DNA from: Phycisphaerae bacterium
GTDB lineage: Bacteria; Planctomycetota; Phycisphaerae; UBA1845
Reading direction: 5' to 3'
Assembly: GCA_963666835.2 (NCBI GenBank)
Contig: CAXXGO010000006.1
Location: 480,001-544,000 of the forward strand
Length of the DNA stretch: 64,000 nucleotides
Made by a program: the position numbers and the translations under genes. Shown piece after piece: positions 18,778 to 27,560 of the stretch; the first letter of the stretch is position 1, and the number at the start of each line of letters is the position of its first letter. The notes under the pieces were generated by a model. It made no database searches. It was not told the DNA's origin and saw only the letters and a program-made list of their open reading frames with translations.

Positions 18778-19355
18778 CGCCCCGAACGACCATTGTTTTC
18801 GACTTTGACGGGACCCTTACGAGGCCCTATTTGGATTTCGACGCCATTCGCGAGGAAATCGGGGCGGTCGCCGGTCCGATTCTCGAAGCGATGGAACTAA
18901 TGGACGCGGACCGCCGGCACCGGGCGGAGCAAATCCTGCTGCGGCACGAGTGGGATGCAGCGCGCAACGCGGAACTGCAGCCGGGGGCGGCCGAGACGAT
19001 CGCAGCGCTACGATCCCGGGGGTTGCCGGTGGCAATCCTCACCCGAAACGCCCGGGATACCGTCAAGCTTGTGCTCGACAGCCACCACCTCGTCATCGAT
19101 GCGATGCGGACGCGCGAGGACGGGGCCATCAAGCCCTCGCCGGACGGAATCCTCTCCATCTGTGCCGAGTTGGGCACCGATCCGCGAAACGGATGGATGA
19201 TCGGAGACTATCGGTTTGATATCCTGACCGGCAAGGCGGCGGGGACTCAAACGGTACTCATGATCGGTGACGGCGGCGAGCCAGACTACGCCCATGAAGC
19301 GGATTACGTCATCCGCCGGCTCGAGGAGCTGTTGCCCCTGGTCTGCCGGCAATGA
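18774..19355 (+). CDS. HAD-superfamily hydrolase
   Basis: FDFDGTL, ILTRN, KPSPDGI, MIGDYRFDILTGKAAG; GTGA overlap with the GNAT gene. Confidence 0.92.
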   Translation: MTPRTTIVFDFDGTLTRPYLDFDAIREEIGAVAGPILEAMELMDADRRHRAEQILLRHEWDAARNAELQPGAAETIAALRSRGLPVAILTRNARDTVKLVLDSHHLVIDAMRTREDGAIKPSPDGILSICAELGTDPRNGWMIGDYRFDILTGKAAGTQTVLMIGDGGEPDYAHEADYVIRRLEELLPLVCRQ

Positions 19356-19359
19356 CTGA

Positions 19360-19769
19360 GTAGGTCGGGATAAGCCCAATGGAACTAACCTTAGCAGACG
19401 AGACGAGAAAGTTCTCTCTGATGTGCGGACTGCGTCCCGTCCGAGTACGCCAACGAGACGTTCCGTCCTCCAGCCCAGGGTTGCCGCGTAGCGGCTACCC
19501 TGGGATTACGGTCAGATGGGAGGCCTACCCCGACGGGGTTGCGGCACAGTGGCGAGACCTCCGATGCCAATTGCTGTCGGCGGTGTGTGGCCATTCGGAC
19601 AATCTCTGAAACCATTCGCCGGCCCTTCGGGCCGGGAGCACGTGGGGAGCGATCTCACCCACGGGCTCCGCTTCGCTCCACCCGTGGCTACTTGCCTTCG
19701 TCCCTTCGGGACGATTGGTCGCATGGCGGCCTGACAGAGGTTCGTACCATTGAGCAGAGCCCGACCTAC
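19360..19769. repeat. Mosaic REPIN block 3
   Basis: Bounded by GTAGGTCGGG (19360) and CCCGACCTAC (19769). Contains the ~75-bp module D (19381-19454), CCCAGGGTTGCCGCGTAGCGGCTACCCTGGG, and CCACGGG..CCCGTGGCTAC (~19659-19691; inverted homologs at ~41486 and ~41725). Confidence 0.85.
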
Positions 19770-19805
19770 TTGGCTTGGCTTAATAAATACGTGACTGTCC
19801 CGGGT

Positions 19806-20150
19806 TTACGCGGTATTGCCGTCTTCTGAATTCTGTGACGCCCCTTCCGTGCTCGCACTCCGCCCAGCACCACCACCCTCCGGCCACTTCCGCCAAAGAG
19901 CAACGCAGGTGGCCGTCAGAACCACCGATACCAGAATGTCGTACGTAATTGCCTGCTTGAAGATCGTTCGCCACAACGGCCACCGGGCTCCATACGTGTA
20001 CCACATACTCGACCAACACGACAGCTCGGAATCGGCCATAACCAGCAGGGGGAACATGAGAAGAAAACTGCCCAGCGTAGGCCTGCGCCACGCGACTACA
20101 AAACACGTAATCACTACAATCGTCGCATTGTAGATCTTGAAACCTGTCAT
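19806..20150 (-). CDS. Small orphan membrane protein flanked by REPs
   Basis: AAAGGGGG upstream of ATG 20150; about three hydrophobic segments. Confidence 0.55.
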   Translation of the reverse strand: MTGFKIYNATIVVITCFVVAWRRPTLGSFLLMFPLLVMADSELSCWSSMWYTYGARWPLWRTIFKQAITYDILVSVVLTATCVALWRKWPEGGGAGRSASTEGASQNSEDGNTA

Positions 20151-20259
20151 CGTCCCGTCCCCCTTTCCTAACGGTGGTCGCCTCGCGCGCGGACACACGT
20201 GTTAGATCCACAACCGACTGAGTAGGTCGGGCGCTGCTCCGAACCGCGTCTGCGCCTCC

Positions 20260-21294
20260 TTACTCGGTCGAGCTTCCCAGCTCCTTGCTTGACCGCTCGG
20301 CGACTCGGGCGCGCTGCTCGGACGTGGGGACGCGCTCAACTCTCTCCTTCAGCTCGGCGAACATGTCGTCCACGGGGCCGTACAGCTCGGTGGCCGACAC
20401 CTTTATCTCTGCCAGCGACGCGTCACTGCCATCGTTCTCCCGAATGCGCTGCTCGAGGCGGGCAATGTCCTCGCGCCGCCGATCGCGATGGGCCAAGGCC
20501 CGCTGTTTCAGTTCGACCAGACATGAAGAAACGGCGTCGCGCTGGGCGTCGCCCAAACCATACATTCTGATGAACCGGGCAACGTATTCATCCCAAGCTT
20601 CCAACTCCAGAGCGATTTGATCGACCGGGACGGCGGCCTCCTCGCTCGGCGGGGCGGCGGGTGCGGATGCCTTCGCCCGAGCCGGCTCCGTCTGCTGATC
20701 GCGCTTCTTCTCTTGCTCCCGGAGGCGCTGGGACCGCGGCGGGATCCAAACCTCCCGGGGGTCGAAGTCCCCCTCCCGCCATTGGTGGAGCTTGCCCTCG
20801 GCCACCCTCATCCCGACCCCGAACTTCATCACCTCGATTTCGAACTTGGCTCGCTGCAACGGGCTCAGGGCATCTCTCAGGTCCTCGGTGCCCGCGTCAA
20901 GCTCCGCGCGACACTGCCGGAATACCGGTTCGACCCGCCGCGCCCAGTCCTGCACGGCCTCCTTCGACGGCGGATCGACCGCCATCCTCATCTCGAGGAA
21001 CTCGTTAACCAGCGGTTGGATGGTTGTGCGGTTATCGTTCAGAAACCGGCCCCAACGCCGGCCGATCGCCTCGCGCACTTCAACCCGCTGCTCGGCGTCT
21101 AGTTCGAACTTGTCACTGAGATTGTCCGCCCAGCGCGTGAGCAGAGAGTCCATCAGCTTGGGCGTGGGCCAGATCCCCGCCACCGGCTCCGGCCGCACCG
21201 GGCCGACGAACTCGTCAGCAGGAACCACTTGCGCGGCCGCCGCACCGGCAAACAGGGTCAATACCGCCATTGCAGGGGCTGTTATCACCGACAT
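20260..21294 (-). CDS. Secreted helical hypothetical protein
   Basis: Signal peptide (AVLTLFAGAAAAQ); AGGGAG SD; repeated 'Y/F-x-L-D-x-x-Q' helical hairpin patterns. Confidence 0.75.
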   Translation of the reverse strand: MSVITAPAMAVLTLFAGAAAAQVVPADEFVGPVRPEPVAGIWPTPKLMDSLLTRWADNLSDKFELDAEQRVEVREAIGRRWGRFLNDNRTTIQPLVNEFLEMRMAVDPPSKEAVQDWARRVEPVFRQCRAELDAGTEDLRDALSPLQRAKFEIEVMKFGVGMRVAEGKLHQWREGDFDPREVWIPPRSQRLREQEKKRDQQTEPARAKASAPAAPPSEEAAVPVDQIALELEAWDEYVARFIRMYGLGDAQRDAVSSCLVELKQRALAHRDRRREDIARLEQRIRENDGSDASLAEIKVSATELYGPVDDMFAELKERVERVPTSEQRARVAERSSKELGSSTE

Positions 21295-21414
21295 GTTGGC
21301 TTGCTCCCTTCTACGCCGCCATTCGTTCGAGACCAACCCGCGGGGAAACCGGCGACAGCTCCGGCCACTGACTCGCCGATACAAGCTCAAGGTCACTGGA
21401 ACCGGGATATCCGC

Positions 21415-22176
21415 ATGGACGTGCAGAACATTGTCTCAATTGTCGTGCCTACGTTCAACCGCCTCGGGCGGCTCCAGCATTGCATCGACAGAATCCGACG
21501 GAATGTTACCCATCCGCGCGAGGTAATCGTGGTCGACGGCGGATCCACCGACGGCACCCGCGAATGGCTCGCTGATCGGAGCGAACTGCGCGTGATTCTG
21601 GAACCCGAGCGTGAAGGGGCGGTCAGGGCATTCAATAAGGGGTTCCGGGCGGCGACGGGCCACTACGTCATGTGGCTCAACGATGATGCCTATCCACTAC
21701 CCGGCAGCGTATCGGCGGCCGTGGCTTTCCTTGAACGCCCCGACCTGGCCGACGTGGGTATGGTGGCTTTCTATCATCAATGGCACAGCCCGCGGAATGT
21801 GCTCGATCGGGTCGAGCATGAGGGCACATCGTACGAATTGTGCCACGTCCGCGGGTATCCCTACGCGAATTTCGGTCTGCTCCGTCGGACGTTGCTCGAG
21901 GAGGTCGGCTACGCGGATGAACGGTACTACTTCTTTGCGTTCGACCCGGACCTGTCACTGAAGATCCAGCTCGACCGCGGGCTGAAGGTCATCGGCTGCC
22001 GCAGGGCGCTCATTGCCCACGAGGAACATCACGACGAGCGTAAGCGCGAGGATCTGAGCCGCGGCGACGAGGACAATGCCAAACTGTTTGCCAAGTGGAA
22101 TCTGCCGCCACGCGGTGCGTATGCCGACCCAAGCTCCGCCTATCGGCAAATGCTCCAAGAGCGCGGACTGCTCTGA
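21415..22176 (+). CDS. Glycosyltransferase family 2
   Basis: VSIVVPTFNR, VVDGGSTDGT, NKGFRAATGHYVMWLNDD. Confidence 0.92.
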   Translation: MDVQNIVSIVVPTFNRLGRLQHCIDRIRRNVTHPREVIVVDGGSTDGTREWLADRSELRVILEPEREGAVRAFNKGFRAATGHYVMWLNDDAYPLPGSVSAAVAFLERPDLADVGMVAFYHQWHSPRNVLDRVEHEGTSYELCHVRGYPYANFGLLRRTLLEEVGYADERYYFFAFDPDLSLKIQLDRGLKVIGCRRALIAHEEHHDERKREDLSRGDEDNAKLFAKWNLPPRGAYADPSSAYRQMLQERGLL

Positions 22177-22276
22177 GGACCGCCCGGGCTACATGCCAAC
22201 GTTCCTAAAGGGATTGCCTATCGGCCAAAGGCGGGTCGCTCACGCTCGCCGTACTGAGGGGGCATCGCAGGCGCGT

Positions 22277-22740
22277 GTAGGGCACGGTCGAGGCACGAGA
22301 CCTGCCACAATGCCGCGTATCGCGCGAAGACCACGTAGGGCACGGTCGAGGGACGAGACCTGCCATCGACGTCGCAATGGGCCGAGTCGCACGAAGATGT
22401 GCCACGTGCGTGTCTCGCGGAACCAGCCCGCCAGGGCGACAGCTCTGCCTAGGCCCGCGGCGTGAGTCCTCGTTGTTCTACATATCATTCGACCCATCCA
22501 CCAACTGTAGCCGGCTGTCGATCTCGATTCTCCAGCCCGAAGGGCTTAAATGAAGTAGCCGGGGGGCAAGTCCGCCATCGGCGGACGCCGCCCACGGACG
22601 CGCTCCCCGCAACCAGTCTGCCCCTGAAAGGGTCAAGTGCCTTCGGCAAATGTGTTTCGCCATGACTTCTGACGCATTCTCAAAAAGCGCTGGGCAGCCG
22701 CAACAGATGCGCGGTTCATCGACACCTTCTCTTTCACTCT
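22277..22740. repeat. Mosaic REP block 4
   Basis: Direct family-A copies at 22277-22306 and 22335-22364. A ~210-bp module at 22530-22740 is homologous to 43745-43953. Confidence 0.8.
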
Positions 22741-23156
22741 GTGAGGAGTTGTTTTTGAAGGCCGAACTCTTCGATGACACGTTGCACGCTCCGTATGCTG
22801 ATGGTCCAGCCACTCTGCGTGAGCTTCTGGGCAATGACTTCGGCGGAGGCTTGGGGGTCGAGGAAGCGGTGCCGGATGACTTGGCGAAGGACTTCGGCTG
22901 TGCGACGGTATTGGGTTTTCGGTCCGCGTTTGCGGCTTTGCAGTGCGCTGCTACCGGATTCGCGGAACGCGGCGCGCAACTGAAAGTAGCGTTGCTTGCT
23001 GAAGCCGAACTTCTGTGCAGCCTTGGTGGGGCCGAGGCCTTCGCATTCGCCTTCCAGCAACATGCAGAGTTTACGTGTCATCTCATCGTCGTCGCGTACG
23101 GGGAGCGTCCCGGCGCGGCCCACCAACGCCTGTCGTGCCTGGTCGAAGTTGGTCAT
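22734..23156 (-). mobile_element. IS remnant: HTH-only ORF without a catalytic transposase ORF
   Basis: AAQKFGFSKQRYFQLRAAFRESGSSALQSRKRGPK...ISIRSVQRVI resembles the N-terminal HTH ORFs of split IS transposases. GGAGG before ATG 23156. Its 3' end abuts a REP module. Confidence 0.65.
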
Positions 23157-23446
23157 TGCATGATCCTCCATGACTTCGCCGTCGCGTCGAGGTCCAGTGA
23201 CGCAACTGTCCACGGTGGAGGTTACCATACCCAGGCCGAAAAGTCTGATCATTTATGGCGTCTCCGTTAGCCCGTCCGGGGTATCTCTCCAGTATTGCTG
23301 GTGATCGCGAACTCTCAGGCGGAGAATGGCGGGTCTCGGACGCCGGAAGTCTCTTTGCCCCCGTAACATGAAACCGCAGCTCACGAACGAATCAACGAAT
23401 CGCAGGAGGATGATAGGAACAATCAACTAGCCCCAGAAAACCTCTG

Positions 23447-23621
23447 CCGTCGGGGTAAGCCTCCCATCTGACCGTAATCCCCCGGTAGCCGCTAGGCGGC
23501 AACCCTGGGCTGGAGGACACAGCGCCGTTGGCGTACTCGGACGGGACGCAGTCCGCACATCAGAGAGGACTTTCTCGTCTCGTCTGCCAAGGTTAGTTCC
23601 ATTGGGCTTTGCCCGACCTAC
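23447..23621 (-). repeat. ~175-bp inverted copy of 19360-19536
   Basis: Its reverse complement aligns by eye at roughly 90% identity to 19360-19536. Confidence 0.9.
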
Positions 23622-23637
23622 TTGGCTATTCCCTTTC

Positions 23638-26600
23638 CTACGGGCAGTCCGCCGGTTGCGGGAACGGGTACGGGTCGCCCACGAATGCACTTACCGCACG
23701 CTGGACGTCGGTCATATTGACAATGGCGTTCGGGGTCACCGGGTCGAGGTCCGTCCATGCCAGCGGTGGTGCGGTCGGCGCGACTGAGAAGCACTGCAAG
23801 ATCGCCTGGATGTCGCTCATGTTCACGGTTCCGTTGGGTCCTGTCCAGGCGTAATCCGAGAATCCGCCCACCACGTCGGCCCAGAACTTAGGAGCCGGCT
23901 CGAGGATCGTCTCTACCGAGAAGGGATCGTTGAAGATTACACCGTCCTGCGTAGTGCGAATCTCATAGGTTCCGGTCGGCGCTATCGGGCAATCGGCGAC
24001 GTGGACCAACCTCGAATCCCCACTCCAATCGCGGAACACGGGGGTACCGGAAAGTCGGGCCACGCCGTCACTGTCGGGCACGTCCACCCACCAACTTGCG
24101 CCGACCGAATCGGGAAACTTCTCGCTAGCGGTCAGGGTGACCTGGTACGCCAGGATATCACTCCCGGCCACGAGCCCGAAGGAGATATACCGGTTCTTGC
24201 GAACCTCGCAATCGTCCGGGACACCGTCGCCGTTGCCGTCGGTTGCGGTGCCGGCGGCGATATCACATTCGTCCGGGACCGAGTTATCGTTGCAGTCCGG
24301 GCTCCATCCGTCTTCCACATCGCAGACGTCTTCGACGTTGTTGGCGTTGCAGTCCGAGGTCAGCGTACCGAGTGCGCAGGAACCATCGGGCATGCACGAC
24401 TCGGCCCCGTTGCACACGTCACCGTCGTCGCAATGGGCGTCCGTGAGGCAATTGACACACTGGTGGTCCGCTTCGCGGCAGAACTGCCCGGGGCACGGCA
24501 GCTCACCACCGGCGCAGGCTCCTTCGATACAGGATTCGACCGCCGTGCAGAACAAGTCGTCGTCGCAGTCGTCGTCGTAAGTGCATTCAAAGCATGAGCA
24601 GTTCTCTTCATCGCACCATTCCGGCCGCCCGCAGCGTGGCGTTCCCGGTTGGCAGGTCCCCGTCGTATCACAGAACTCCGTCCCGTTGCAGAACACATCA
24701 TCGCTGCAGACCCCACACGCATCACATTCATCGGGAACGCCGTTATCGTCGAGATCCACGCTGGTTCCCTGAGCGAGGTCGCAAACGTCGAGAGTGCTGT
24801 TGTTGTTGCAGTCAAAGATCCCCTCGTTGCCAATGCAATAACGCAAAGCATTGCGCATCAGCGTCATACCGTAGCTTGCGTCATACTTCCAATTGCCAGT
24901 GTACCAGGCCCATAGATCGTTGATGAACACGGCTTTTCCGGAACCGTAGTTATCGGTGACGGCCATAGGAACGCCGTCGTCCCAACTCAGGGCCACCTCG
25001 GCTCCCGGCTTCAATACGGGTGTCGTGGACCATCCCTCGAGCGCGGACGTTGCCGCAAGACCGTAAACAAGTGGGCTGGTCCAGTCGACAACCGTCGTTC
25101 CGGCGCGACGCTCCCACCCCTCCGCGCTTTCTATGGGAGACAGTGGGGAGTTATATGGGAAGCGGCTATAGAGGCCGGGTATGAACACAACACCACCGCC
25201 ATATAATACGTATGTTTCTATCACCCCGACTTCAGATGGCCATGCTTCACTAATCAGCACCAGGGTGTCGTACTCGTTCAACCCTCCGGCGGCCTCTATG
25301 CTGTTCTCTACCGTCACTTCGTACCCCAGGTCGGTTAATCCCATAAGGAAACTCGGAGAGGCCTGATTTGGAAGGGCTTTAACGAGGATTTTCGGTGGGC
25401 ACTCGCACTCGTCCGGAACACCGCTTGAGTTGCAGTCGACGCTTGCGCCGGCCGAAATGTCGCACTCATCAGGTATGGCGTTTCCATTGCAGTCCGGGCT
25501 GGTTCCATACGCGATATCGCATGTATCCCAGTAGCTGTTTTCGTTGCAGTCGGTGCTAGTGTCCTGGCACGCATCGGGCACGCCGTTTGCGTCACAATCC
25601 TCCGCGCCGGCGGCGATATCGCATTCATCGGGGATACCGTTGACGTTGCAGTCTGGGCTGGTACCTTCCGCCACGTCACATTCGTCCGGCGTTGCGTTAT
25701 CGTTGCAATCGGCGCTCGTCCCCTCGACGATGTCCGATACATCGGGGACTCCATTGCTATTGCAGTCCGGTTCGCACTCGTCTGGAATCATGTTTCCGTT
25801 AGTGTCCTCGCTGGTGCCAAAGAGAATATCGCAGGAATCCGCAATACCATTGGTGTTACAGTCTCTTTCGCACTCGTCCGGCATGCCGTTGCCCGTGCAG
25901 TCCTCGCTGGTACCGCCGGCGATGTCGACCTCGTCGCCGATCCCGTTCCCATTGCAGTCGATCACCTGCATCGCGTTGAGCACGCCGCCGGTCATGGTGA
26001 TCTTGGACAGCGCTTCAACCGGGCGCACGCCTAACAGAATGTAGTTCTTGACCTTCGACCACGTCCAATCGGGATGCCGGCTCATGACCAAGGCGGCTAC
26101 TCCAGCCACGTGCGGAGCAGCCATCGAAGTGCCGTCGAGGTAATCGTAAGTTGCTCCCGTCGTAGTGCTGTAGACGTTCACCCCCGGAGCTCCGAGGTCC
26201 ACGGTGGTCGCACCGAAGTTCGACGTGTCCCCGTTCGGAAAGACCCCGAGAAGGTCATCATTGTCGGTGGCGGCTACGGAGATGATGTTGGGCAGGTCGT
26301 AGGCAGCGGGATAGTGCGGGTAGCTGTCGGTGTTCGTGCTGTCGTTGCCGGCCGCCGCGACAAAGATGTGCCCGATGGCCTGCGCCGCTGCGATCGTGTC
26401 ACGCAACGCGTCCGAGTAAGCCCTACCGCCCCAACTGTTGTTCGAAAGCCGAATGCCCTTGTCAATCGCGTATTCCATCGCCCGGATGGCATCGGAGGCA
26501 CCGCCTCACCCACCGCCCCCAAGGAACCGCAAAGCCACGATCTGCCCGTGCCAGTTTACGCCGGCGACCCCCTCTCCGTTGTTCGCGACCGCTGCGATAG

Positions 26601-27306
26601 TCCCGGCCACATGGGTGCCGTGGTCACTCGTATCCATTGGGTCGCTGTCTTCATCGTAGAAGTCATAGCCGTGGATGTCGTCGATGTAGCCGTTGCTGTC
26701 GTCGTCGATTCCGTTCCCGGCGATCTCGTCGGGGTTAGTCCAGATGTTCGCCTGCAGATCGGGGTGGAGATAGTCGACACCCGTATCGATAACCGCGATG
26801 CGGAAGTCCGGATCCCCGGTCCACACGTTCCACGCCCCAAGAACACTGATGTCGGCCCCCGGCGTGCCGGCATCGCCATTGACGGTTTGCCCCGTATTGT
26901 GCATCCCCCAAAGTTCGCCGAAATCTGAGTCGTTGGGGACGTCGGTGGCACAAACACGGTAGTCCGGCTCCGCGTACAGAACGTCCGGGTGCTTCTCGTA
27001 GGAAGCAAGAGCATCGGCCAGCTTGGCCTCCGCCACGTCCACGAGTTGCAAACCCGGCACGATGCGGTATTCCCGCAAAACACCTTTTACCTGGGCCGCT
27101 GCGTGCGCGGCTTGCTTATCCGCACGGCCCGCGACAGAGCGGAACCGCACCAGAAGTCGCTCGGGGTGATAGGGCTTGTCGTTCTTCTGGATACACGCTT
27201 CGCCCGATTTGTTTGCGGGTACCTGCCCGAAGTCCACGTCCGCCCGCACAGCCGATGCGAAGAACGCAACCGGCACCAAAGCCAGCACGAATCTGATGGA
27301 TGACAT
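23638..27306 (-). pseudogene. Secreted S8 subtilase with Cys/Asp repeats and a dockerin-like C-terminus, interrupted by one in-frame TGA (26506-26508)
   Basis: Triad IAVIDTG, DHGTHVAG, GTSMAAPHVAG; AAAGN oxyanion motif. The two track ORFs are in frame: RFLGGGG*GGASDAIRAMEYAID. DCNxNGxPDxC repeats; CDDGxxCNGxExC repeats; terminal GPNGTVNMSDI/PNAIVNMTDV. Confidence 0.8.
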
Positions 27307-27560
27307 CGCACTTCCTCCGAGAGTGACGCCGCCGCGACCGGCCGGGCGACGAAGCCCCTACCGAGGCCGCGAGGTGAATGAGACACTATGATACCGGACA
27401 TACGCGAGGAATTCAACAGTTTTTAAGTTCCCACTGGGGGATTGTTGGGGTAAGCTGCCCGCCCGTCCGCATGCCTTGCTCTTCCCACGGGGCACGATCC
27501 AGCCGATGACCCACGCTCAGGCAGCTAATATCGGTCCTTTGGGGTGCCGATCAACTCAAC

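Noticed and set aside
26506..26508. Genome-wide UGA reassignment
   Set aside because: Conserved genes such as ribBA, glyA and the HAD hydrolase end with TGA at their expected C-termini.
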